A stretch of DNA of 37,996 nucleotides from an uncultured Pseudomonadota bacterium (GCA_902773285.1 CACYDS010000009.1:1-37996); one strand, 5' to 3'. Numbered from the stretch's first letter, positions 17,162 to 28,242 are shown. Numbers and translations: made by a program. The notes: a model not told the origin generated them from the letters alone.

Positions 17162-18469
17162 TTAGCGTCGCAATAAGTCCATAGCGCTTACCTTTTTGTT
17201 CGCAAGTTTCTTGGACATAACGCGTTTCAACATTTCAAAATCTTTAATAAGACGATTAACATCCACCACTTCTTGAGCGCATCCCTTCGCTATCCTGCGA
17301 CGTCTTGACGCGTTTAACATCTGAGGATTACGACGTTCTTCTTTTGTCATAGCCCGTATTATCGCTAATTGTCGGAACGGTATTTTTTCGGAGAACGCTG
17401 GTCGGTCAAGTTGTGCTTTAAGTTTACCCATACCCGGCATCAATTTCATAAGTCCGTGCAAACCACCAATCTTTATCAACTGCTCAAGATATGCCTCCAT
17501 GCTTTCCAAATCAAACTTGTTGTCTACAGTTTTCTGCAAACTAGCCTGATCCAACGAACGTGTTTTCTCCATCAGGCCCGGCATGTCTCCCCGATCCAAT
17601 ATCCTAGAGGCAATGCGTTTTGGATCAAATTCTTCAATATCAGAGATTTTTTCTCCAGTACAAATGTATTTGATTTGACAATTTGCTACATACTTCGCGG
17701 AAAGAACCGCTCCCCCTTTAGAATCGCCGTCCATCCTTGTAAAAATCAAACCTGTTAGCTTAGTCGCATCGTTAAACGACCTAGCCATATTAACTGCGTC
17801 CTGCCCCATCATACCGTCTACGACGAGAAGTAACTCATTAGGTTGTATGACCCTCTTCAATGAAATTACTTCATCCATCATACTCTCATCTATGTGTAAC
17901 CTACCCGCTGTATCGTATATGATAATGTCATACTTATCCTGAATGCTAAGGGATTTTTTGGCAATATCTATAGGGGTATCGCCCGGCAAAAAATCGTCGA
18001 AAAAATCTATGGAATTGTTATTAGCTAATACTTTTAATTGTTCTATGGCTGCTGGACGATAAGTATCCAGAGATACCAGCAAAACTTTTCTTTTAAACTT
18101 ATTTTGAAAAAGATTTGCCAGTTTTGCAGAAGTTGTCGTTTTTCCAGTCCCCTGGAGTCCGAGCATCAAAATTTTTCCTCGTCTAAAGCTTGAGTCATTG
18201 TCAGAGCGTCCTAGAAATGCAACAAATTCATCGTATACAGCTTTCAATACGGTTTGCTCCGGAGTTATACTATTCAGGATTTTTTGTCCTGCTAATTTTT
18301 CCTTGAGTTTTGCAGTAAAATCTTTAACTACCGGCAGAGCAACGTCAGCATCTAGCAAAGAAATTCGGATTTCTTCTATCGTGGAATTTACTATTCCTTC
18401 AGTCAGTATTCCTCTTCTACCTATTTTCCTTATGATTGAAAGTAATTTATCAGACAGATTTGAGAACAT
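17162..18469 (-). CDS. ffh: Signal recognition particle protein Ffh
   Basis: MFSNLSDKL... N domain, GLQGTGKTTT P-loop, DTAGR motif, and a Met-rich M domain (LMKLMPGMGKL). Confidence 0.95.
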   Translation of the reverse strand: MFSNLSDKLLSIIRKIGRRGILTEGIVNSTIEEIRISLLDADVALPVVKDFTAKLKEKLAGQKILNSITPEQTVLKAVYDEFVAFLGRSDNDSSFRRGKILMLGLQGTGKTTTSAKLANLFQNKFKRKVLLVSLDTYRPAAIEQLKVLANNNSIDFFDDFLPGDTPIDIAKKSLSIQDKYDIIIYDTAGRLHIDESMMDEVISLKRVIQPNELLLVVDGMMGQDAVNMARSFNDATKLTGLIFTRMDGDSKGGAVLSAKYVANCQIKYICTGEKISDIEEFDPKRIASRILDRGDMPGLMEKTRSLDQASLQKTVDNKFDLESMEAYLEQLIKIGGLHGLMKLMPGMGKLKAQLDRPAFSEKIPFRQLAIIRAMTKEERRNPQMLNASRRRRIAKGCAQEVVDVNRLIKDFEMLKRVMSKKLANKKVSAMDLLRR

Positions 18470-18799
18470 AGATATTCCTCGGAAAAAACGTTACAACCAT
18501 TGTTTTCAATAGTCTATTATACCCCGCGCTGAAAATGCAAAATGTTTTCTGAGCAAAAACGTATAACTCATTGGAGTAATTTTGCATATTTTCTGCCAAT
18601 GACATGATCATATTTAGGATTCCACCTAAAATCTATATTTTTAGAAATATCTGTTAAAAAGTTGTTAAGGAGGCTAGGCTAAAAATTAGCTAATACCAGT
18701 TACCACACAGCTCAGCAATTCCTATTTATAGATTTGACTAGATAAGCATTGTGGGGTAAACTGAGAACTGGGGCAAAAGATTGTTTTGAGGGAGATGCG

Positions 18800-20455
18800 A
18801 TGAAGTTTGGTATTTTAAAAGGGCTTTTGATAATTACATTGGGGAATATTTTAGCGCTCAGCTCATTTGCTAGTAGCAACAATGTTCACGTCTTTTCAAA
18901 GAAGGATAATCCTATAAATGCCAAGCGTGAGCTTGCAAAAATTTGGATATCCATCAGATTTAACAATCACATACAAAATTTAACGAACAAAAACTGTTGG
19001 GTTTTTGAGGGTAAGTATAAATCTAGTATCGACAACATTCTAACTGAGATAAGTAATTCAATGCTTGATATATGCCCGTATGCAAAATCGGCTAAATACA
19101 GTGATGGTAGCAAGATTGCTGAATTTTTCAAAGAGGAAGGTTTCAATCCAATATCAGCATACCAAGGAGCGAACTGGAATTATGTCGTATTGATGAATTT
19201 GCTGCAAAATATGAGAAACAGAGATATCGAGAGCATAAAATACGAGTGGCAGAAGATTCACATTTTAGATGAAGTAGTTATGGACATACGGAATGCAAAC
19301 ATAAGACAAGCCAGTCAATATGACTATGATCGGAAGCATTACATAGAGAGTTTAAATCATGCGGCAAACGATATACTGCAGTATTTTGATAGCTTAGATT
19401 TGTGGAGATTTGTTCTGCGAATAAAACAAAAATTTTATAAACCGACCAGTCCAGTTCAAAAAAATACGTCCGTCCCCTCCCCCATGCAAATAACAAGAGA
19501 TCAAATGCCTCATGGGATAAAAAATGAAGGAGGCACTTGCTATCTAAATGCGGTACTACAGTGTTTATATAACAGTGCTCCAATAAGAACCGCCATACAA
19601 AAATTAAGTCAATCACCGCAGAACAAATTGGCACAACAGATAAATAACATATTCCTTCAACTTGCGACAAATGGGACGAATGAACTGGATTTCAATGGAG
19701 CGGTCTCAAGCATAGCTAGGCACATAGGAATGGATCGCATAAGCAATAAACAGCCTTCCATCGGCAATCAAGACCCAGCAGAGGCTATAGGAAACATCCT
19801 AGATACGCTAATAGATGAAGAAATAGCGCCGCAGCTAAGTCGTATAAACCAAAAATACAGCAAGCAATCAGATGCCTCTAAAAAAGGACAATTATCACAA
19901 AATCTTCGCCACCATAGCACAATCGGCCAAATTTGTGACATTAAATGTAGTGATATCATAACTTGTAATAAATGCGATAATCGCAGTACGAATGATACCC
20001 GGCTAACCAAACTGGATCTCGCCCTACTAAAGGCACACAGCAAAGAAATTTTGCTGCACGATTTAATCAGATCGTTCGAAGCCGAGGAAATCTTGAATGA
20101 TACAAACAAATGTTGGTGTCCGAACTGTAAGCGAAACGAGCCGGCATCGAAGCGCATAGTGCTTAACACGTTGCCTAAGGTTTTGTGCTTAAGCTTAAAA
20201 AGATATGAGGTTAAAGACAAAAAAACGTCTTTCAGAGGCGATACAATATCATTTCCCGATGTAATAAAAATAAGACAATATAAATACAAACTTCGCTCAT
20301 TCGTCTATGGCGGATATATAAAGGGTGGACATATCATAATGGAAGGCTATGCGGATGATGCAACTCCATATACTGCTAACGATGGACAAGTATTAATCAA
20401 AGGCGAATTATCACCCTCAAAAGCTCAAATGTTATTTTATGAGCGGATGGAATAG
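18800..20455 (+). CDS. Secreted USP/UCH-type (peptidase C19-like) cysteine protease, putative deubiquitinase, with an unknown N-terminal module
   Basis: The likely start is the ATG at 18800, after GAGGGA; the ORF track starts at an upstream alternative codon at 18749. The signal peptide is MKFGILKGLLIITLGNILALSSFA|SS. The Cys box is GIKNEGGTCYLNAVLQCLYNS, with the Cys codon at 19538-19540. Zinc-ribbon fingers CNKCDN...CPNCKR and LPKVLCLSLKRYE are present. The His box is YKLRSFVYGGYIKGGHIIMEGY...YTANDGQV. Confidence 0.8.
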   Translation: MKFGILKGLLIITLGNILALSSFASSNNVHVFSKKDNPINAKRELAKIWISIRFNNHIQNLTNKNCWVFEGKYKSSIDNILTEISNSMLDICPYAKSAKYSDGSKIAEFFKEEGFNPISAYQGANWNYVVLMNLLQNMRNRDIESIKYEWQKIHILDEVVMDIRNANIRQASQYDYDRKHYIESLNHAANDILQYFDSLDLWRFVLRIKQKFYKPTSPVQKNTSVPSPMQITRDQMPHGIKNEGGTCYLNAVLQCLYNSAPIRTAIQKLSQSPQNKLAQQINNIFLQLATNGTNELDFNGAVSSIARHIGMDRISNKQPSIGNQDPAEAIGNILDTLIDEEIAPQLSRINQKYSKQSDASKKGQLSQNLRHHSTIGQICDIKCSDIITCNKCDNRSTNDTRLTKLDLALLKAHSKEILLHDLIRSFEAEEILNDTNKCWCPNCKRNEPASKRIVLNTLPKVLCLSLKRYEVKDKKTSFRGDTISFPDVIKIRQYKYKLRSFVYGGYIKGGHIIMEGYADDATPYTANDGQVLIKGELSPSKAQMLFYERME

Positions 20456-20555
20456 GAGGAATGCGTGGAGTGCTTCATTTCTAAAAAAATAATAATTTGT
20501 TAAAAAATTTACGTGTGCTATCCTTCTCCTAAGGTGGTTGGATTTTTCGAATAGG

Positions 20556-21668
20556 ATGCCATATCTTTTATCTACATTAACTTTTTTCCTGTTACTAGGG
20601 GTCGTTGTTGTTGTGCATGAACTGGGCCACCTAATCGTGGCGCGCATAAATGGCGTTTTTTGTGAGGCATTCTCATTTGGATTTGGCAGTGTCCTATTTA
20701 AAAAGAAGGACAAGAAGGGGACGGAATGGCGAATATCGTTATATCCTCTGGGGGGATACGTCAAGATGCTTGGAGATGCAGATGTCTCCAGCGTAAGAGA
20801 AGTAATGCCAGAAGGATATACGGAAGAAGACATGGAACGTATGTCCGTGCATCGCAAAAAGCCATGGCAAAAACTACTAATCGCAGCTGGAGGGCCGTTT
20901 GCAAATTTTGTATTCGCAATTTTGGTGCTTTTTACGTTGTCGACAATCAACGGAGTGCCGGAATATGACAATACAATAACGGTTATTTCAGAACAAAATT
21001 TAGCTTATAGATCCGGCCTCCGAACAGGAGACGTCATAACAAAGGCGAATGGCACAGAAGTAGATAACTTCATTGACATAGCAAAGCAAGTAAAAACTTC
21101 AGCTGGAAGAGATTTGAAGCTTGAATTAAAGCGAAATGGCGAAACGAAGGAATTCAACATCGAGATGTTTGAGCGAACAGAAGATGGAGTGAAGCCAATA
21201 CAAAGTCTTGGCATCGCTCCGAAGGGATTCAAATACAAAAAAGTTTCTATTCTGCAATCTGTTGGTTCAGCAATATTGACGACCTGGCGTTTGGCTTATT
21301 CGAATGTAACCGCTATTTGTAAGATAGCTACTGGATCGATGAGCCCGAAAAACGTTGGCGGGATAATCTCGATTTTTAAAGTTTCTTCCGATAGCGCAGA
21401 GGCGGGAATCGTCAGTTTCATAACAATGATCGCAATGATATCAATCATATTGGGAGCGGTAAACCTCTTGCCAATACCGGTTCTGGATGGCGGTTCAATA
21501 GCCATTGCTGCAATAGAATGGGTCATCGGAAAACCGTTGAATAAAAAATTCGTAAATGTAATATTTACGGTTGGATTAGTTGCGGTAGTTGGCCTGATGG
21601 TATTGGGAATGTGGAATGACTTGGTAAATATAAAGTTTTTTAGTTGGTTGGAGAGTTTAGTAAAATGA
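20556..21668 (+). CDS. rseP: RIP metalloprotease RseP (site-2 protease)
   Basis: HELGHLIVAR HExxH in TM1, a central PDZ domain, and the C-terminal NLLPIPVLDGG motif. A TTG at 20538 is an alternative start. Confidence 0.9.
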   Translation: MPYLLSTLTFFLLLGVVVVVHELGHLIVARINGVFCEAFSFGFGSVLFKKKDKKGTEWRISLYPLGGYVKMLGDADVSSVREVMPEGYTEEDMERMSVHRKKPWQKLLIAAGGPFANFVFAILVLFTLSTINGVPEYDNTITVISEQNLAYRSGLRTGDVITKANGTEVDNFIDIAKQVKTSAGRDLKLELKRNGETKEFNIEMFERTEDGVKPIQSLGIAPKGFKYKKVSILQSVGSAILTTWRLAYSNVTAICKIATGSMSPKNVGGIISIFKVSSDSAEAGIVSFITMIAMISIILGAVNLLPIPVLDGGSIAIAAIEWVIGKPLNKKFVNVIFTVGLVAVVGLMVLGMWNDLVNIKFFSWLESLVK

Positions 21669-24223
21669 AGAAATTAGTAACAAGCCTAGTTTTAGGGTTA
21701 GTAATAGCAAACAATGCCGGAGCCGTAAAGGTTACTGATATAAAATATATCGGATGCGAACGCATAGAAAAAGAGACGGTGAGTACGTATTTTCCGATAC
21801 AAGTCGGCGACGAGTGCGATACAGAAACGATTAATGATGCGTTGAAAACTTTAAAAGAAACGAATTTCTTTAAAGACGTAAAAGTCCGACTGTCCGGTTC
21901 AACCGTTATCGTCGAGGTGCAGGAGGCGCCGATTATAAATAAGATATCGTTTGAAGGAAATTCAAAACTATCGGATGCGGACATAAAAAAGGCAATCAAG
22001 CTAGGTTCGCATGAGCCTTTGTCGCCAGCCAAGGTCAAGGAAGTTCAGCAAGGATTGTTACAAATATACCGCAAAATGGGACGCTATAATGCGACTGTGA
22101 CACCGAAAATCATTAAGTTGAAAGACAATCGCGTCAACTTAGTTTACGAGATAAAAGAAGGCGTGGCTGCCGGCATCAGCAAGATAATTTTTGTCGGTAA
22201 TAAAAAAATATCATCATCTGATCTAAGAGACATAATCCATTCAAAAGTGAAGAAATGGTTCAGATTCTTTGTGACAGATGATATATACGACGAAGATCGG
22301 TTAGAGGAAGATAAGATGATAATCACGAAGTATTATCAGGAACGAGGGTATATGGATGCCCGAGTGCTTTCCGCCGTAGCAGAATTAGCGTCGAATAAAG
22401 CATCGTTTGTTTTGACATTCACTATAGATGAAGGCAAATTATACACATTCGACAAAATATCTGTTAAATCGCATATTGCAAAAGTGACAGAAAAGGGGCT
22501 GGATAAAGATTTGTTTTGTCGAAAAGGCGATATCTATTGCGCATCATTTGTTGAGGCGGATGCACATAAAATAGCGCGTATGATAGGGCAAAGAGGATTT
22601 CCGACAGTCAATGTAACACCTAACGTAACTAGGAATTTTGCAAAAAATACAGTGGGAATTGTTTTTAACATAACTGAGGGCGAAAAAATTTACATATCTA
22701 AAATCGTAATCAGCGGAAACACCAAAACCAGAGATCACGTCATACGCAGAGAAATCGTTTTGCAGGAAGGAGATGCATATAATCAATCGTTCGTGAAGAT
22801 GTCAGAAGGCAAACTCAGAGAGTTAGGATTTTTCGATAAAGTCGATATACAGGCAATACCTGATCCGAATTCGCCAGACAAGTGCATACTACACGTAACT
22901 GTATCTGAGGCGCCAACTGCTGAAGCAATGGCAAATGCGGCTTATTCAACGACAAGCGGTTTTGGATTTGAGTTACAATACAACGAACAAAACTTTTTAG
23001 GAACAGGAAAAACATTATCTGTCTTTTTAGGATCCAGTCGTACAGCCTCAGGAAAAAGTCGAATAACGAAAGAAGATGGCTCGACTGGCAAGGAGGATCA
23101 AAAGGCAAAGTTCAGGTTTTTGAACAATGTCCAATTATCAGTCTCAGATCCACATATCTTTGATAAAGACATGGAAGGTTCGATCTCGTTCCATCGTAAT
23201 GTGAACTCGGTATTCGATGCCTTTAATACGAATGAGATAGGAATGGGATTGGGCTTAAGCTATGAACTCAGTCCACGTTGGACTCAAGATTGGGGCTACA
23301 CGCTGGATAGGCGCAAATTCCAAGATGTCAGCAAAACAGCATCCCCTATAATTTTGGCTCAAGTGCAAAAACGTGATGGAGACAAAGTTTCAACAAGAAG
23401 CGCAACGAACATATTGTCCGAAATAAAACACACAATTGCTTATAATACGTATTTCATACGCGGATTAAAAGGATCTATGAGTGTGTCTTTGGCGACATCG
23501 ATAGCTGGGTTTGGTGGCAATGCTAGACATATAAAGAATGTCTTGACTGGCACGTATGTAATGCCTGTGTTTAGACGTTCAAAACTATCGTTTTCCTTGT
23601 CTACTGGTATGCTAAATAAGCTTGGAGGCAAAGATCCGAATATAATGGACAGCTTCATTTATGGAGCAGATTCTTTCAGAGGATTTGAATACGCTGGTGT
23701 AGGCCCAATCGCTTCAACATTAATGCAGACGAATGAGAAAGCGATACAGGATATAATTGCTTGGAATAACAGCCATCTGCCTGCACAACAAAAAGTTGTA
23801 CCAGCTCCTGCATACAGATCTCAGAAAGATTTCCTTGGGGCGAAGAAATTCTGGAAAGGCACGATAGAATACACATTCCCTCTGGGACTGCCTGAAGAAC
23901 TGCAATTCAGAGGATTCATATTCACAGATATAGGCGCCCTGTGGGATGCCCCAAATAAGAAGAACAAGTTCATAAAAGAAGTAGAGGGGACATTGAAAGA
24001 TGCGCAAGGATTAGAGCACAACAAGATCGAATTTAGCATGGATGACACTACTGTGAAAGCTCAAAAAATATTTGATAAGTGCAAAATACGGCAGTCCATC
24101 GGATTAGGTATTTCATTCGTAACCCCATTTGGTCCGATAAGCATAGCTTATGCGAAGCCAATCAAGAAATGTAAATATGACGAACAACAAAGATTCATAT
24201 TTGGGTTCCGCTCATCGTTCTAA
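21665..24223 (+). CDS. bamA: Outer membrane protein assembly factor BamA (Omp85)
   Basis: The ATG at 21665 overlaps the rseP stop (ATGA). Signal peptide MKKLVTSLVLGLVIANNAGA, POTRA repeats, and a C-terminal barrel ending FGFRSSF. Confidence 0.93.
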   Translation: MKKLVTSLVLGLVIANNAGAVKVTDIKYIGCERIEKETVSTYFPIQVGDECDTETINDALKTLKETNFFKDVKVRLSGSTVIVEVQEAPIINKISFEGNSKLSDADIKKAIKLGSHEPLSPAKVKEVQQGLLQIYRKMGRYNATVTPKIIKLKDNRVNLVYEIKEGVAAGISKIIFVGNKKISSSDLRDIIHSKVKKWFRFFVTDDIYDEDRLEEDKMIITKYYQERGYMDARVLSAVAELASNKASFVLTFTIDEGKLYTFDKISVKSHIAKVTEKGLDKDLFCRKGDIYCASFVEADAHKIARMIGQRGFPTVNVTPNVTRNFAKNTVGIVFNITEGEKIYISKIVISGNTKTRDHVIRREIVLQEGDAYNQSFVKMSEGKLRELGFFDKVDIQAIPDPNSPDKCILHVTVSEAPTAEAMANAAYSTTSGFGFELQYNEQNFLGTGKTLSVFLGSSRTASGKSRITKEDGSTGKEDQKAKFRFLNNVQLSVSDPHIFDKDMEGSISFHRNVNSVFDAFNTNEIGMGLGLSYELSPRWTQDWGYTLDRRKFQDVSKTASPIILAQVQKRDGDKVSTRSATNILSEIKHTIAYNTYFIRGLKGSMSVSLATSIAGFGGNARHIKNVLTGTYVMPVFRRSKLSFSLSTGMLNKLGGKDPNIMDSFIYGADSFRGFEYAGVGPIASTLMQTNEKAIQDIIAWNNSHLPAQQKVVPAPAYRSQKDFLGAKKFWKGTIEYTFPLGLPEELQFRGFIFTDIGALWDAPNKKNKFIKEVEGTLKDAQGLEHNKIEFSMDDTTVKAQKIFDKCKIRQSIGLGISFVTPFGPISIAYAKPIKKCKYDEQQRFIFGFRSSF

Positions 24224-24262
24224 AAAAAATACACTAGAGGAATAGCAATCTATCCTCTAGTG
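24222..24262 (-). terminator. Intrinsic terminator (minus-strand sense), possibly bidirectional, overlapping the bamA stop codon
   Basis: cactagagga / tcctctagtg forms a 10-bp stem (24232-24241 / 24253-24262). On the minus strand it is followed by T8 (the complement of 24222-24229). It is 190 nt downstream of the tgt stop. On the plus strand only cTTTg follows. Confidence 0.5.
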
Positions 24263-24451
24263 CTTTGCAAATGTGCGTAAAATTTGCACACAATAGGAAC
24301 AAGCCTTGCTTGCCCATCTGACTGAAACACAAGAGAGATACCCCCCCTATCTCGGTTGTTATGCATACTCGTTGTCTGCAATATCACCGCTTACAATACA
24401 TATCTTCACTGATATTTTTGCTTGATTTTATATTAACTCGCACAAAAAATT

Positions 24452-25732
<1,281 letters not shown>

Positions 25733-25962
25733 TTACGCGCCGTCCAAATCTATGACTTGTGCTTAAGACGCGCATTAATCACTATCTTGCTTGTGACTGT
25801 TTTTATCCTATTGCACTCTCGCACCAATGCAAAACGGAAAAGTGACTTATAAGATTCAGATCTCGGAATACTGCTTGTTTCTCAATCGTGCAATATCTGC
25901 TTAGGTCAACTTAATTGCTAATCCCAGATTACTTTTGTAAATACCAGTAGCTGTAGACTAAA

Positions 25963-25997
25963 GTAAACAAATACCACCGGAAATGCATGTCCGGTGG
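25963..25997 (-). terminator. Intrinsic terminator downstream of rplI
   Basis: ccaccgga - aatgcatg - tccggtgg forms an 8-bp stem (25974-25997). On the minus strand it is followed by TATTTGTTT. It lies 25 nt after the rplI stop. Confidence 0.55.
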
Positions 25998-26021
25998 ATT
26001 TGAACGATAATATCTCAGAAT

Positions 26022-26504
26022 TTATTCCGCTTCCTCTTCCTGCTGTGTAACATTCTGCTCTTGCGCTGTCATAATTCTAACTGGTATGTTGACAGCAACT
26101 TCTGGATGCAACACAATGCCTACTTGATATGTCCCTATAGCCTTGATTGGAGAGGCTATCCTGACTTGCCCTTTTGATATCTTGTAGCCTTGTTCAGCCA
26201 GTCCTTCCACAATATCAGATGGGCGTACAGAGCCAAACAAGAATCCAGAATCGCTTGCTTGTCTAGTCAAAACGAGCGAAACATTAGAAATTTTCGAAGC
26301 AAATTTCTCTGCCTCATTTTTCAACTTTTGATTATTGGCTTCAATCTCAGCTTTCTTCGCTTTAAAATAATCCAAATTCGCTGCTGTGGCTCTTAGCGCC
26401 TTCTTCTGGGGCAATAAAAAATTTCTAGCGAAACCGAGCTTCACATCAACAACATCGCCAATCACCCCTAGTCTCTCAACCTTCTCTAATAAAATTACCT
26501 GCAT
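26022..26504 (-). CDS. rplI: 50S ribosomal protein L9
   Basis: MQVILLEKVERLGVIGDVVDVKLGFARNFLLPQKKA is a canonical L9 N-terminus. Confidence 0.95.
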   Translation of the reverse strand: MQVILLEKVERLGVIGDVVDVKLGFARNFLLPQKKALRATAANLDYFKAKKAEIEANNQKLKNEAEKFASKISNVSLVLTRQASDSGFLFGSVRPSDIVEGLAEQGYKISKGQVRIASPIKAIGTYQVGIVLHPEVAVNIPVRIMTAQEQNVTQQEEEAE

Positions 26505-26613
26505 TTCAAAACCCTAAAAACTTCAACAAACAAAACTACGTCACACTGACACATTTCCCATATGATAGCATCTCTACTGAAAAAGTCCACATAAATTGCG
26601 CTAAATATCATAG

Positions 26614-26862
26614 CTATGTATTATTTTCTGTATAAGTTCGAACAGAAGTGAGACAAGATGAGTCTCCTGAACTATACTTAGGAATATACTCCAAATGGAT
26701 AAGGCCGTGCTGGGAGATATGTGGGCTAGAGGAGTTATATTGCTTTATAAATTTCATAAGCTCTCTTCTTGCACCTGAGATGGTCTCTTCAGTGAGATCA
26801 TAGTAAAATTCATTTCTAAAAATCCTATTGCTATGTTCGACGTTCCAATCTATTAGCTCGCT
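26614..26862 (-). pseudogene. Transposase C-terminal fragment (rve/DDE integrase-type tail)
   Basis: The open frame has no start codon. It reads ELIDWNVEHSNRIFRNEFYYDLTEETISGARRELMKFIKQYNSSSPHISQHGLIHLEY. This resembles the ER.FR.LK.E..Y....t..EAR..i..yI.fYN..RPHs.Lg..tP.ey tail of IS3/IS481-type transposases. Confidence 0.5.
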
Positions 26863-26921
26863 TTAAGTTATCTCACATGCCCGCAGGCCAACTTTTGTCT
26901 CATATGTTATGAACTTATACA
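26629..26921. mobile_element. 293-bp IS3/rve-type insertion-sequence deletion derivative (MITE-like) with imperfect ~28-bp terminal inverted repeats
   Basis: The left end is TGTATAAGTTCgaacagaagTGAGACAA (26629-26656). The reverse complement of the right end (26895-26921) is TGTATAAGTTCataacataTGAGACAA. The outer 11 nt and inner 8 nt are identical, and the termini are TG...CA. No clear target-site duplication was seen. Confidence 0.55.
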
Positions 26922-26936
26922 CAAATCCCAAAAACG

Positions 26937-26964
26937 TTTACTTCTTTGGGAATTAGCGTATAAT
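26937..26964 (+). promoter_or_regulatory. Candidate promoter of rplY-pth
   Basis: TTTACT (26937-26942), a 16-nt spacer, then TATAAT (26959-26964). It is 40 nt upstream of the rplY ATG. Confidence 0.4.
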
Positions 26965-27003
26965 GGGTACAGCGGATAGAGATTTTTTTATGGAATAGAA
27001 TTT

Positions 27004-27657
27004 ATGGCAAGTAACTTAGTCGTAACTGCGCGAAGTGCAAATGGGAAGAAGGCGGCAAGAAAATTAAGGCATGATGGCTATGTTCCTGGAGTGATATACG
27101 GCGATGAGAAGGCTCCTGTATTAGTGTCGGTTGGCGAGAAAGAATTGATAGCAGAGTGCTATGCGAGCGCTTTTTTGGGGCACGTTATTGAGGCAAAAAT
27201 TGGCACAAAACTAGAAAAATTTTTACCAAAACAGATAGAGTTCGATCCTGTTACTGATCGTCCTATTCACGTTGATTTTTTGCGTGTTTCTAAGAATTCT
27301 AAAGTAAAGGTAAACATAGCAATAGAGTTTGTGAATGAGGATAAGTCTCCTGGAATTAAGAAAGGCGGAATTGTTAATGTCGTTGTACATAAGTTGGAGT
27401 GTCTCTGTTCGCCTGACGCAATTCCTGAAAAGTTGACAATTGATTTGTCGGGAAAAGATATTGGCGACGGGTTTATGCTTAGTAATTTAGCGTTACCGAA
27501 AGGAGTGACCCCTGTTAATGCAGAAAGAGATGCGGTTATAGCTACTATTGTTTCTGCCAGGATGACAGAAGAAGAGACCAGCACAGAGGAAACAACCACG
27601 ACGACTGCTGAAGTAAAGACAGAAACTGCAACTGAGCCGGAGAAAAAAACAGCCTAA
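27004..27657 (+). CDS. rplY: 50S ribosomal protein L25/general stress protein Ctc
   Basis: RSANGKKAARKLRHDGYVPGVIYG N-terminus and a two-domain Ctc length (217 aa), with a Thr/Glu-rich tail. Confidence 0.9.
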   Translation: MASNLVVTARSANGKKAARKLRHDGYVPGVIYGDEKAPVLVSVGEKELIAECYASAFLGHVIEAKIGTKLEKFLPKQIEFDPVTDRPIHVDFLRVSKNSKVKVNIAIEFVNEDKSPGIKKGGIVNVVVHKLECLCSPDAIPEKLTIDLSGKDIGDGFMLSNLALPKGVTPVNAERDAVIATIVSARMTEEETSTEETTTTTAEVKTETATEPEKKTA

Positions 27658-27660
27658 GAT

Positions 27661-28242
27661 ATGTTTCTGATTGTTGGTCTAGGAAATCCAGGTTTAGATT
27701 ATGCATATACTCGGCATAATGTCGGTTTCATGTTCATTGATTATTTAGCATATGAACTTGGGTTTCTTGATTTTCGATCACGATTCAGCTCGTTGTATAC
27801 TGAAAAATTATTTGAGTGTAATGCAAAAGTGGTACTGCAAAAACCACAAACATACATGAATAATTCCGGTAATGCCGTATCCCAATTGGTGGCGTTTTAT
27901 AAAATTGAACCACAAAATATTTTTGTGATACATGACGATTTGGATATGCGTCCGATGCAGTTACGCATAAAGTTCGGAGGTAGCGCAGGCGGACACAATG
28001 GACTGCGAGATATAGAAAAGGTTATCGGAAAAGATTATTGGCACATTAAGGTCGGAATTGGCCGACCGATTGAGCGAGAGCAGGTTGCAAATTATGTGCT
28101 TTCCCCTTTTTATAAAGATGAATTGACGATTTTGGAATCGAAAGTTTTTGAAGTGTTAGGAAGGCATATTGTGGAGTTGCTCTTCGCGGAAAATAGGACG
28201 GTTCCTATAAACAAGATCATGCAAGAGGTCACTTGTTTATAA
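27661..28242 (+). CDS. pth: Peptidyl-tRNA hydrolase
   Basis: MFLIVGLGNPGLDYAYTRHNVGF, YMNNSG, and GGHNGLRDI motifs. Confidence 0.95.
   Translation: MFLIVGLGNPGLDYAYTRHNVGFMFIDYLAYELGFLDFRSRFSSLYTEKLFECNAKVVLQKPQTYMNNSGNAVSQLVAFYKIEPQNIFVIHDDLDMRPMQLRIKFGGSAGGHNGLRDIEKVIGKDYWHIKVGIGRPIEREQVANYVLSPFYKDELTILESKVFEVLGRHIVELLFAENRTVPINKIMQEVTCL

Noticed and set aside
20432-20971. 179-aa minus-strand ORF
   Set aside because: It is antisense to rseP, whose HExxH, PDZ and LDG motifs define the true frame.
25985-26010. tRNA T-arm-like string ggtggatttgaacg
   Set aside because: The flanks do not form an acceptor or T stem. The string is the 3' arm of the rplI terminator hairpin.
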